Assembly (NCBI RefSeq): GCF_036321535.1 | Contig: NC_087436.1 | Location: 88,724,001-88,788,000 of the forward strand | Direction of reading: 5' to 3' | Source: Camelus dromedarius | Taxonomy: Eukaryota | Length of the DNA: 64,000 nt | Shown here: piece by piece, positions 14,043-26,557 of the stretch | How positions within the stretch are numbered: the first letter of the stretch is position 1 | How the letters are laid out: each line of letters starts with the position of its first letter | Made by a program: the position numbers and the translations under genes | The notes under the pieces: generated by a model | What the model saw: only the letters and a program-made list of their open reading frames with translations | Databases searched by the model: none | What the model was told of the DNA's origin: nothing

Positions 14043-15782
14043 GTTGTTCTCTCTCTGTTCTGCCAACTTGCTTTGACATGTAGAGTTTAACAGGAAGGAA
14101 GCTACTTTGTACTTTTTTTTTTTTTTTTTTTTAAGAAAACTGTTATCCAAGTCAGTGTTTCCTAAAATGTCAGTGTTTAAAGGATATTTTAGAGTAAACA
14201 GATGTTATTAACACTTTCACCACTTTGGTTATGTGAGAAAGTTAAAGGAAATATTACTAATGAGGCTAATGAATACGAACAGAATGTTACGAATAACTGT
14301 TGAAATATTTCATACAATAAGGAACTCCCTTTAAGTGAATTACTCAGGGATGTAACTGAGGAGCTGGCACCTCGTAAAGGAGAGAGCAACCAATAAATGA
14401 AATATAAAATTATATATAATTAAGTAGCAATGTTTTCTGTATGAGTGAAATACATATTACTTAGTAATTAAGTCTATCATATACATTTATCTTAAACTAG
14501 GATGAGTGCAAAATCATTTTGAAAATCAAGAACAATTAAAGTCTTTCATTTTACCTACTGCATTTAATGTCTATTCATCATCACACAGACAGTTTGGAGA
14601 ATGTGTTACCTGCCCCACGTGGTCATGATTTAGCTTTTATGCTTTGCTGTTTTATTTAGAATCCTTTGGCAGATGAAACTGTTGACCTTAGTTAGCTAGA
14701 AAGCAGCTGCTTTTCTATTTTGATTTGTAGTTAATGTTTTCCAAGTGTCAAGCACATGTAGAGGAATTTTTTCCATAGACTGATATTAAACATTTTATTT
14801 ATATTTCTTTTATTTTTAATGCTCCATAGACTGTTTGGGAAAGTGAGAGCCAATTAGAGCATTCACTGTAAATGCTTTTAGGAAAACAAAAAATCTCCCT
14901 TGGGTATTTCTATAATAGATCAATATCAGATTCATTTATTTAGTGGTGTACTCAACTAGAGTGCTGTATAATCTGGAAAGTCTGTTGTCTATTTTGACTG
15001 AGTTAAAAATACATGATCTCTTTCAAAGTTTTCAGATTTTCTGCCTGAAGCCAAAGCTAGGTGATTTCCAGTAATCTCAGGTTTGACTATTTTGTTCATG
15101 AACCTTGAGAAAGTGACCAGTTGGTAACCTTAGTTTAATAACTATTGCTTATTATCATATTTTATAGCTTCTGGTTGAAGATGAAGATAATTACGTTCCT
15201 TCTTTCAGTTTTGCTAGAATTAGAGTTTTCCTTTTTGGGGTTTCTGTTAAGTCTTGGTAAATATTTGAGCCCTATCATTTTTATTATCTGTTGTGTATAG
15301 TTCACTGAAATTTAGTGCAAAGCATGGAAAAATATAAGGCTGATGGTAGGCAGGCTCTGTTGTCCTTAGTGGCAGATAGAAAGACAGGGAGAGCATGTGT
15401 CCTGGGTACTGAGTAGCACAAAGTGATGTGTGAAATTGAGAAACTGAGAAAGCAGGAAGGAAATACTCTAAGATTCGCCACGTTTTATTTATTTGTGGTA
15501 AGTCCCAGGTGAGGTGGAATTGCCCTAGATTCTTTGGGTAGTAGGAAATCTGGATGGGAGACTCAGTTTCTAAACTTCTTGAGAGAGCACAGAGTTATAT
15601 GATTTGCAGTAAAAGAGAAACTCATGGTTGTCCCAGTGAAGTAGGTAGTTTTGCTGACCATCATCTTTCTCTCTGTGTTTGCCTGGGAAAGTAACTCTAG
15701 AGTTTTCCTAATAGGTTTTTTAAATAAAAACTTCTAGTAATGTTTGAAAATATCTTTTTTTTTTTTTTTTTTGGTCTTTCAG

Positions 15783-15983
15783 GAACATTAAAAAAAGCCT
15801 ATTTTAAATCAAATGGAAGTGAACCTTTAGTCACTGATGGTGAAGTCCACGTGTCTGATGTTATTCTTCCAAATACAGTTCCTAATGAGAGTACTGGGAC
15901 GTCTACGGCACACCCTACCCGACACATTCCAGTCTGGACCACAGGTGCTTCTCTCCCAGGGGACCAAAATCACAGGAACACAA
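15783..15983 (+). CDS. CORIN: CORIN coding exon (exon 3 equivalent): extracellular stalk
   Basis: Translates (G)TLKKAYFKSNGSEPLVTDGEVHVSDVILPNTVPNESTGTSTAHPTRHIPVWTTGASLPGDQNHRNT(S), homologous to human GTLQKVYFKSNGSEPLVTDGE...SLPGDQSHRNTS. T18 tract plus ggtctttcag acceptor; donor gtaagt at 15984; 201 nt, phase 1 to 1. N-glycosylation sequons NGS, NES and NTS are present. Confidence 0.97.
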
Positions 15984-16405
15984 GTAAGTCTGGAGGTGCT
16001 GAATGCCTGGGCCCATTAATGTCTGTGGAACTCACAGGTATATTTTTAAGTGTGGCAACCGATGTTCTGAATTCACAATCACTTAATGGTCACACAGGAA
16101 AAGCTCTGCTCCCTTTTCTGGCAAAGCTAGCTGAGTGCCCTATTCCTAAACACAAAATACCATCAGCTCAGCATCCAGATAGGGACAGGAGCAAGAAATA
16201 AAAGTGTGCCAATGCCATTCAACGTTTCTGAGGCATAAAAATTTATGCTGCTTGCTCCAATATAATAGTGTTGATTTTGTGGTGGTTCACCTCTGAAAGT
16301 TTGTGCTTCGCTTTTTAAGGTTTAAGTTACTTGTTTTGAGATGGTTAAATTAATAAGTAAATTAAGTTGCTTATTTTGTTATTGGTGCCTTTTGGCAGGT
16401 ATCCC

Positions 16406-18849
16406 AATTCTATGTCCTTTCACTGTGAACATCTTTGCCGCTAGCATTTTTGCTGCGTAATTAACTGGCTGTAAGGCAGTTTTGCCATAAGAGATAAAAC
16501 AATGAAAAATAAGAGGGACATTTAAAAAAACATAATGAAACACATGAAATGAATAACAGTTTAAAAAAGACTTTATTGCTAAATACAACATGTTTGAATG
16601 CATCTAAAATGCATGTAGATTCATGGCAATACTGCACAAGGAACTGATTTTATTTTGTGGTTGTACCTTGTCTTCCTAGTCTTTTGTTTATAGTATTTTT
16701 ATACACTTTTTAAAAAACTTATTGATTTATCTTCTCATTTGGCATCACACTTATTCTTTTTTGCTATAATTTTTTTCCTTCATTAAGAGAGGTATCAGTT
16801 TTCAAGTATTAGGATGCATATTTGTAACTGAGTTTTGTATTGCATTGTGAAAACTTATTCTACACTGTTGTTTGTTTTTGGCACATTGTCACATGGCCAT
16901 ACTGCTCAAGGCAATCTACAGACTTGATATGATCCCTATCAAATTACCCATGACATTTTTCACAGAACTAGAACAAATAATCTGTAAATTTACATGGAAT
17001 CACAAAAGACCTAGAACTGCCAAAGCAATACTGAAGAAAAAGAATGAAGCTGCAGGAATAACCCTCCCAGACTTCAGACAATCCTACAGAGCTACAGTAA
17101 TCAAAACAGTGTGGTATTGGCACAAAAACAGACATATGGATCAATGGAACAGAATAGAGAGCCCAGAAATAAACCCACAGACCTACGGTCAATTAATCTT
17201 AGACAACGGAGGCAAGAATATACAATGGAGAAAAGACAGTCTCTTCAGCAAGTGGTGTTGGGAAAACTGGAAGCAGCCTGTAAGTCAGTGAAGTTAGAAC
17301 ACTCCCTCACACCATACACAAAAATAAACTCAAAATGGATCAAAGACTTAAATTCAAGACTAGACACTATAAACCTCCTAGAAGAAAACATAGGCAAAAC
17401 ATTCTCTGACATAAATCTTAGCAGTGTTCTCTGAGTGCAGTCTACCCAGGCAATAGAAATAAAAGCAAAAATAAACAAATGGGACCTAGTTAAACTTACA
17501 AGCTTTTGCATAGCAAAGGAAACTATAAGCAAAACAAAATGACAACCTATGGAATGGGAGAAAATATTTACAAATGATGCGACTGACAAAGGTTTAATTT
17601 CCAGAATATATAAACAGCTCATACAACTTAATAAGAAAAAAAACAAACACCCCAGTCCAAAAATGGGGAGAAGACCTAAACAAGCAATTCTCTGATGAAG
17701 ACATACAAATGGCCAATAGGCATGTGAAAAAATGCTCAATATTGCTAATTATCAGAGAAATGCAAATCAAAACTGCAGTGAGGTATCACCTCACACCAGT
17801 CAGAATGTCCATGATGAAAAAGTCTACAAATGATAAATGCTGGAGAGGGTGTGGAGAAAAGGGAACCCTCCTACACTATTAGTGGGAATGTAGTTTGGTT
17901 CAACCATTATGGAAAACAGTATGGAGATTCCTTAAAAAATAGACTTAACCACATGATCCAGCAATCTACCTCCTGGGCATATATCCTAAGGGAACTCAAA
18001 TTCGAAAAGATAAAGCACCCCAGTGTTCATAGCAGCACTATATACAATAGCCAAGACATGGAAACAACCTAAATGTCCATTGACAGATGACTGGATAAAG
18101 AAGTTGTGGTATATTTATACAATGGAATACTTCGCAGCCATAAAACAGAATAAAATAATGCCATTTGCAGCAACATGGATGGACCTGGAGATCGTCATTC
18201 TAAATGAAATAAGCCAGAAAGAGAAAGGAAAAGACCATGTGATATCACTTACGTGTGGAATCTAAAAAAAGAAAGAAGACACTAATGAACTCATCTACAA
18301 AACAGAAATAGCCTCACAGACATAGTGAACAATCTTATGGTTACTAGGGGGGACGGGGGTAGGAAGGGATAAATCTGAGAGTTGGAGATTTGCAAATATT
18401 AACTACTACATATAAAAACAGATAAAAAAACATTTTTTTCTATATAGCACAGGGATCTCTATTTAATATCTTGTAATAACCTTTAATGAAAAAGAATATG
18501 AAAACAAATATATGTATGTATATGTATGTATGCCTGGGACATTATGCTGTACACCAGAGATTGACACATTTTAGCTGACTATGTACTTCAATAAATATAT
18601 ATATATTAAAAAAAAAAAAAACAAGAAACCAACTAATGGCAAACCATTGTCATCCGTCAGCTCAATAAAGTGATCAATATGTTTCTAACTGGAATGAATG
18701 CTAACAGATTTCAACCAGTTGAAACCAAACTGTCAAACCAAAAACTATTAACCGGTTTATCTTTCATTGCAAAATTGTCTTGCATTCCATTAGTCATGTG
18801 GCAAAAATGTTTGCAGCAAAGATGCTTTATAGCAAGAATACCTGGCATG
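16406..18849. mobile_element. Old DNA transposon with imperfect ~55-bp TIRs, split by an L1
   Basis: The left end ...aacatctttgccgctagcatttttgctgcgtaatt is reverse-complementary to the right end agtcatgtggcaaaaatgtttgcagcaaagatgc.... The 9-mer caattctat occurs at 16405 and 18850 (possible TSD). Family not identified. Confidence 0.65.
16890..18622 (+). mobile_element. 5'-truncated, relatively young L1 (ORF2 C-terminus, 3' UTR, poly A)
   Basis: ORF fragments [15 protein letters not shown]...[42 protein letters not shown] and MFIAALYTIAKTWKQPKCP are broken by frameshifts and stops; AATAAA at about 18589, then an A tail. Confidence 0.95.
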
Positions 18850-21564
18850 CAATTCTATAACAGAATACCTAGTGGTTTAACAGGAGCTATCCCCCTATTT
18901 GTTTTTGACATGTCTATATGTTCTTTCTCTTCTCCCTCTTTTACTGGCTATGCAATTTATTTTACCTGTTGATAATTGACAGATAATCACATCTTGAGGA
19001 AAATGGCATGTGCAAAACTTGTTTGAAGACAAATGGAGGAATTTGTCAGTAATTCCAGAAAATGAGCTGAGAGAGAGAAAAGAGAAAGTGTGGAAATGGG
19101 GCCAGTTGGATAGTGGCAGATGATATGCTCCTGAATGTGACTCTATCCCTCAATATCCCTCTGATTTTTTTGTCAATTTACTAAACTTCTAGAATGCTGG
19201 TGGGAGTCCATTAGTGTGGAAAGTGACCCAGTGATTGCAGATAAATCATCATCAGAGCACAGCCACTCTAAGAACTTTCTCTGTAGTTGTCTTGTCTTTT
19301 TCTGCCTCCTAAAACAAGGATGTATGATTGAAAATTATACAAAGCCCATTCATCCATGATCACTTTCTTGTTTGTTCCTCCCTATTCCGTGAAAACCCAT
19401 GAGGGGAAATCACATTTTAGGTCTGGGACAGCATATTTATTTTCATTCTGAGCCAGGAAGGGAAGGATTAAGCTGACTCTGAGCTATCACGGTATATGTT
19501 TGCCAGTGTCTGAAGAAAAGCAGGGTTATTCTGTTGCTCTAGCCCCAAAGAGTTAGCATGTTTGGATTCCATTGTTCACTGAGCACTGATAGATGTTAAC
19601 TGTTTCTTATGCTTGGTGTTCACCAGTGATAAAGACAGATTCATATTCATTACCTGCCAGTGGTACTACGAACTCGTATTATGCCAAGTGAAATTTATTT
19701 AAATTAAATTAACTCTCGTGAGTTTAAGTTTGAAGTTTTTTAATATTTTGGCCATATCTTAAGCACTTCATATTCCTAAGGACTGTTTTTCAACAGAAGT
19801 AATTTAAGCAAAAGCTCAGTTTAGTTACTGTGGTTGCAATTACGGCGACTGTTATTTTCTTTTGCAAACTGAACTTGTCTCTATTTTGAAAGTTCTGTCA
19901 TTTGTTAAGATTCAAACAGAGGTGACAAACACATACTCTGAAGAGTAAAGACACATATGGTACTTATTGCTCAGTTTGAAAGTTTGGTGGAAGTCTGTTT
20001 GACTCATTTTCTCTTCCTGTGGCTGGAACATTGCTTGAGAATATGAATGCAATTTGACGTGTAAAGGAAATCCAGGGGAAGTTAGAATGATTAAATGGAG
20101 AAAGGTCAGAATCTTTGAATATGTGTCATTCTGTGCTTTTAATGTCCTTGACAGTTAGCCTTGAGCTTTACTGTCTGACCACACAGACCTTCAGTAGACT
20201 GTCTGTATGAACTAAAATTACTTACTATAAGGCATTTGATAATTTTTCATGCATTTCAGCAATATTGCTACCCGGTGAATATAGAGCTTTGGATTCAGGG
20301 TATTTTTGAATATTTTCTCCGTGGTCCTTATGATTAGCTGTTGAGGTGTGCAGGACAGGTAATATGCACTATTTTTCAAGATATAAAATTAAAGCTTGGA
20401 AGAAATTAAGGTGACATATCCAATATCACTTGTTTACTAATCAGTAGACATGGAATTGGGATTCAGATTTTGGGACTCCTAGATCAGTGCCCTTTCAAAT
20501 ATTTCATGATTCTTTATTTAATTGCTTTATTTGAAGTAGCGAGAGCATTTCTGAGCAAATTTTAAGCTTCAGGAGAGTAGAGAGGGTAATCTGTTTTGTT
20601 TCCTGCTTTATGGCCAGTGCTTAATAAAATGTTTGCTGAATAAACAAATGAACTATAGTCATTTCAAAAATTTTATATCTGACCACTTTATTGATGATGT
20701 CTAATTACATTTCTGCACTTGATATTTATTTTAACCAATTTTACTTAAAGTATTATTTAATGTGTTGCATCTATACTAATACCTAGCAGAGAGTTTGCTT
20801 TTATTCCTTTAAAAATTATTATTCTATAATTAAAATGTAATTTTAAACTTCTGGCATATGTAAAAATTATGAGTCCACTTCAATCCAAAAATACAGTAGT
20901 GAGACATTCTGTCCTAGCCTCTATCCTAGGTAGAAAACCAAGGGGGAGAACTCCTGGCAAAAGGTACCAGGAAATAGCCTTTCCTTAAGATGTTTCCTCC
21001 TGGGAGTCCTTAATATCATGCCAAAGCATAGAAAACTGCAGTTTGTAAAGTTTTAACCAGAATCTCTCCCATATTACACTGTGTGGCAGAGCTGGGCTTC
21101 ATAAATGTGAAATAAGTTTTATGTGATGTCTGTTACATCTGGAGTTTCATTAGTTGCATCTTGAAAACCAGTTGTAGTATGTAATATGGAAAGGGAAGAG
21201 GTCCATAGATAGCTTTCATGCTATATTTCAGCAAACGATTTTTCTAGGTTGCATTTTGTATTTGGATTTTTATTTTCACCTGTTCTTTTTTACATATTTT
21301 ATAAATATTTAAGCATAAACTGAATTTTAAGAAAAGAGGAAAAATCTTTGACCAACCAAGAGCCTTTGGGTTAAAAATAATACAGCACAAAATAAAATAA
21401 CCTAGAAATTCTAATCAGGAATTAAAACAACAAGAGAGTGGGGTAATGTGCTGAAGGCTGAAAGTGTTCTGTTCTCCCATTGTGCTCTTTGATGACCAGC
21501 TCTTAAATCTTCTATATCAGATGAAAATGCATCATACCTCTCATTCACATTAAAACAAAAACAA

Positions 21565-22480
21565 CTTTTTGATATATAATCAACATACCATAAAATTTAA
21601 CCTCTAATATGTGTTATTCAGTATTTTAAAAACGCTTTCACAGAGTTATGCAACTATTACTACTATCTCATTTTAGAACATTTTTATCACTGCAAAAAGA
21701 AATGCTATATCCAATATTCCTCATTTCCCCTCTCCCTTAGCTTGTGTCCAGAATTAATTACCTTCCGTCTCTATGGATTTGTGTATTCTGTACACCTCAT
21801 ATAAAAGGCATCATACAATAAATATGTGGCTTTTGTGACTTACCTTTCTTGGATATGGGCTCACCTATGGCCTTCTAGATCCCAGAGAATATGTCAGAGG
21901 TTTTCAAAGGCCCCTTCAGACATTTCATCCTCTAGCTTTTATTAAGTTTTTGTTCACCTCATATATCCAGCAGATATCCTTGCCTCGGGTAACTATGTTA
22001 AACAATTGCCGCAGATTGTTTTCAGCAAGTGCCCTGGGGATAAAACTGTTTGCATTAGAAAGCTCTGAGTCAGATCAAATAAAGCCAAGTGTTGAGAATG
22101 GAAGCTTTCCAGGGAGTTTCCATACAAGTTGAATTACAATTCTCTGTGAATGGTTTTTTAAGGAGCTTCAAACCCATTCTTCCCTTCCATTGCCTCCTAG
22201 TTTGCTGTTTTTCATAGTTATGGTTGCAAGGTCATTGGTTTTCAAGGCTCCTGCAGAACTGAGGAGAGGGTGCTGGGAATAGGGCAGGTGAAAATGCTAC
22301 AAAACTCATAGTTCTCAGTGATTCAGCCATTTTTCTTGAACAAATATTCCTCTATTAGATGCAAGCTTTTGGTTAAGTTCCAAAGTTCTGAAAAATCTGA
22401 TTTTGATATTTTTTTCCCCAGTGTTTTTACTGCTTTTATGGAAGAACAGACTTTTGGAAGATCTTACTGTACCATTCTGA
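21565..22480 (-). mobile_element. Old L1M fragments (3' end joined to a more 5' segment)
   Basis: L1MB-like 3' UTR at 21565-21845 followed by L1M-like sequence. Confidence 0.6.
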
Positions 22481-23310
22481 AAGTGTTTCCTACTCTTCAA
22501 TCACTTTTATTTTCCTTATCTATTCTCTTGCTTCTTTTTCATTTCCTCCAACTTTGGGAATTGATTTTTCTTCTTTTTATGATGAACACATATGATTATA
22601 TTATATATTATTTTGAAATGGAAGCCTTACCCCCCACTTTTTTGCAAAAATTACTTCATTTCTTTATCCTTTTGCATCATTTTATCTTATTTCTGCCTAC
22701 AGTTAACCCATGTTAACAACCTAGTGTGTATGATTTTATAGTTTTCTCCATGCCTGTACAATCATACATAAATGTATCTACACATACATGTATATAGAAT
22801 AACATATACATAGAGGTATTTTTGTCATTTTTGTTTTTCAAAAAATGAGATCACATTTATTACATATGTCGACTGAAATAAATGTGCAGCCTAAAAGTTA
22901 AGAGTTATGTTTTATTTGGCAGGAGGACTCGAGCCAGGATGACAGCCTCTCAGATGGCTCTGAGAGACTGCTCCAAAGACGTAGGGGAGGAGCTAGGACA
23001 TATAGGAGCTTTACAACAAAGACCGGGTAGTTGGAACATTAAAAGATTACTTGTTATCTAAAGAAAACCAGGCACACTCAAGTTAAAGAATGTAGTGCTT
23101 TTCTGTGTATGGTAGGAAGCAAACATTTGGGCTCACTGAATTCATTCCTTTGACAAGCACCTAGCTATCTAGGGCCATTATTTTGTCCTTTCTTATTCTG
23201 AGTCCGCTCAGAGGGCACCATTGTGAGTGGCTGCAGAGGCTGGGCTGCAGGTCTGTCTGCACTGTGGGGTGGCGGCAGCCGCTGATGACTTGGTTTCAGC
23301 ATTCTTTGTT

Positions 23311-24025
23311 GTTGTTGTTGTTGTGGTTTTTTGTGCTTTGTTGTTTTATTTTTCGAAAGAAACATGTTTCATTCATGTGGTTTAATAATTAAGATCAAGA
23401 AAAACTCTATTCAATAAATGGTCACCAGCACATGTCATCACAGCTGCTCATCAGGTTTGGCCCCACATTACACACATTTACACGGACATCTGCCATGTGC
23501 TGTCATGGGACACTGTGCGTGGGCACAGGGTCTCTGCTCTCACAGGGCACACAGCCTGGTGGGGGAGGCGGTGTTCAATCATTGCCTTTTTTTTTTTTAA
23601 TGTACTTATAAATTATGGGAATTGCTATTTAAAAAGTACAAAATGAGTCAATGAAAGCAAAAAATACAAGGACTGCATTTAGGTTGAAGGAAGACAGGGG
23701 ACATCTTTGAAGAGCTGACACTGCACTGAGACCCAAAGGACAGCTCCGGTGCTGCAGGTGAAGGGCAGGGATGCACTGATAAAGGGCTGATATCCAGAAT
23801 ATACCAAAATCTCTTTATACTCAACAAGAAGAATGAATAACCTGATTAAAAAATGAGCAAAATGCCTGAACACACGCCTCATCAAAGAAGGAATCCAGAT
23901 GCCAAAGAAGTTTATGGAAAGATGCTCCACAGCATCTGTCATCAAGGAGATGCAGACTGAAACAGCGAGGTACCACTGCACACCTGTTAGAAAACTGCCA
24001 AAACGCAGAACACTGACAGCACCGA
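23311..24025 (-). pseudogene. Non-coding retrocopy (L1-mobilised poly(A) RNA 3' end)
   Basis: Perfect 15-bp TSD tcagcattctttgtt (23296-23310 and 24026-24040); minus-strand AATAAA at 23345-23350 followed by an A/CAA-rich tail; the body contains old L1 and L2 remnants. Confidence 0.8.
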
Positions 24026-24049
24026 TCAGCATTCTTTGTTTACTGATAT

Positions 24050-24513
24050 TGTTACGGAAACGACAGGCCAGTCAAGAAACAAGCACCACTCGGAGGGTAG
24101 GAGTACTCAGATGTATTACGCCGGCGGGCTCAGAGGGGCTTCTGCTCCGAAGCTCTGAGCACCTTCAAGATGTGCACATGAGGTTTTATAGGGTAAAGTA
24201 CAAGCTTGGGGTATTCGGCCAATAGGCATGGAACAGCTTTAGCAGCATTATCATCACAAAAGTGGAGGCGGGGAGGCAGCAAACCAACATTCCAAAGCCA
24301 GATATGTATCTTTGAAAATCCAGCTGGCTAGCAAAAAACATAAACAGCAAACCAACATTAATTAACTTAGATTTACAAGTTAGTCTAGCAGAACTCAGAT
24401 CAGTATTTCAATACTTAGATTTGTGACTTACCTTGTTAGACCAGCCCAGCCTCTCCTTCACATTCCTAGACTTATGAGTTATCTTGTCAGACCAGCCCGG
24501 TTTTTCCTTCACA
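24050..24513 (-). mobile_element. ERV1-like solo LTR family 2, nested in copy A
   Basis: TG...CA termini, near-TSD atat/acat; homologous to 29248-29579; has a ~51-bp tandem duplication near its 5' (U3) end. Confidence 0.88.
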
Positions 24514-25291
24514 ACATGGTTGCAGTATTTTCATTCACATTGCAGTATTTTCGTTCACACATACAGAGAGAAAAACAATGTTTTTCTCACTCAAGAATAC
24601 TTTATGTATATATCTCTAAGACAATGATTTAGCTCTAATTCATTATTACAGTGACTGAATAGCATTCCATACTATCATTATACCATAATTTATTTCCACC
24701 ATTCTCTTAACAACGGGCATTCACCTTACATTTAGTTTAGTTTTTTTTTTCCTCAGTTAACTATATAGTTTCTCTTCTAGAGATAAAATGACTTGGATAA
24801 TGACAGTGAAACTGTCTAAATAGCGGTGATTTGTTACCACTGATAACTCTGTACTGAAATGCCCTAAACACATACTCAGAATTTGCAGTGTGTAAAAAAG
24901 CTTGCACACCAATCAAAAACCCTGATTATTCTCTTTCTAGTTTTCTGTTTTTAACAGGGTATTTCTAATAGTTTGAAAGTGAGTTCTGCAAAAACATGAA
25001 GTTAAGAGGGTCAGAGCAAGTCCTGCAGTTTAACCTGGATTACTATTCATCAGGCAACTATCCAAGGGAGGATTTTGGGAGAGGGAGTCTAATTAGACAG
25101 CTGAAATCAGGTAAAGTCCCATCTCCTTTTTTCCTCACATTTTCTAATCCTGTCAAGAGTGGAACTCTGGTGTCTTCATTATAGTCTTCAGAAGTTAGTT
25201 GTGCTGTCCTTGGAGTCATGTACTCACCTCTGTAGATTACTGACAGTAGATTATTGTGCAGTTTGGAGGGGAAATCTGTGCTTATATGCAT

Positions 25292-25776
25292 TGTTGACTG
25301 AAATAAATGAGTAGCCTAAAAGTTAACAGTTATGTTTTATTTGGCGGGAGGACTCGAGCTGGGATGACAGCCTCTCAGATTGCTCTGAGGGACTGCTCCA
25401 AAGAGGTAGGGGAGGAGCTAGGACATACAGGAGCTTTACAACAAAGACCAGGTAGTTGGAACATTAAAAGATTACTTGTTATCTAAAGAAAATCAGGCAT
25501 CTCAAGTTAAAGAATGTAGTGCTTTTCTATGTATGGGAGGAAGCAAACATTTGGGCTCACTGAATTCATTCCTTTGACAAGCACCTAGCTATCTAGGGCC
25601 AGTACCCTGGCCTTTCTTACTCTGAGTCCACTCAGAGTGCACCACTGTGAGTGGCTGGGCTGCAGGCCTGTCCCCACTGTGGGGTGGCGGCAGCCGCTGA
25701 TGACTTGGTTTCAGCATTCTTTGTTTACTGATATGTTTGCAGTATTTTCACTCACATTGCAGGATTTTTGTTCACA
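25292..25776 (-). mobile_element. ERV1-like solo LTR family 1, copy B
   Basis: TG...CA termini, perfect TSD gcat (25288-25291 and 25777-25780). Confidence 0.92.
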
Positions 25777-26557
25777 GCATAAATGTGGGTGGGTGAAGGG
25801 CTTATATTCCTCTGTTGTTTTTTGGACAGTATTCTCCATCTGGGGCTGGGGGACCTCAGATGTTTTCTGAGTAATCCCAGAATTCTCTATAAGAATTTCT
25901 TAAATGTGTGTTTTCAGTTCAATGATAATAGAAATAGTTAATGTAAGCCTACTCTCAATAACCTGGATAAACCATCTTCTAAGTACCGGTAAGAAATTTT
26001 GGTGCCCGTATTTGAGTTTCTGTTTTATGATAAAGCAGCTGCTAAGCCGTATTTCTTAGATATTTGCCAGCCATCAGGAAAGGAACAGAGGCAGATTTGG
26101 TAGGCATTCTTCTCAATTGCAAACCTAAAGCATGTACTGGGATGTAGTACAAAGGATGCCTTTGTGGCAGTTAAAATAGACGAAAACGGACTTGCTCATT
26201 AGGGATACACAGTAGTATAAGCTTCCTAAACGCGGAAGAACTTGTGCCTCGGGAGTTAGCTCTGTATTTATTCATGGTTTTAGCAGAACACTGTTAACAT
26301 TAATTTGTTAATATAATTAAATCTTATTAGTTTTGTGGTTTAATTTCTATTTAATTAGTTAATATTATATATGTCAATTTTATTGTTGGGTTAGACCTAT
26401 AGGTGTAAAGACGTTTAGCTTTAATTTTATGTATACCTGCATAACTTTCTTCCTGTGTAAAAGCCTGTACAGTTCTTCAACTTGTGAAATACTGCTTTAG
26501 GGTACCTGAGTTCTAACTGCTTGTGTCATAGCCGCAGGAAAAGCAGTGATGCTTTAT

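Larger units (their letters stand above)
22867..24559 (-). mobile_element. ERV1-like solo LTR family 1, copy A, carrying two nested insertions
   Basis: TG...CA termini with 4-bp TSD cata (22863-22866 and 24560-24563); collinear with copies B-D once the inserts are removed. Confidence 0.9.

Noticed and set aside
13819..14079. Minus ORF sharing MLYLAIKSFLNCYSFHVFHYV with ORF 16379-16603
   Set aside because: The shared peptide only reflects the 105-bp DNA duplication; the IY repeats are the TA microsatellite.
16872..18265. ORFs of 80-164 aa as host genes
   Set aside because: They are frameshifted L1 ORF2 fragments or their antisense frames.
22867..25776. Copies A and B as the two LTRs of one deleted provirus
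   Set aside because: Each has its own TSD (cata versus gcat), and the 732-bp spacer shows no PBS, PPT or retroviral coding sequence that I can see.
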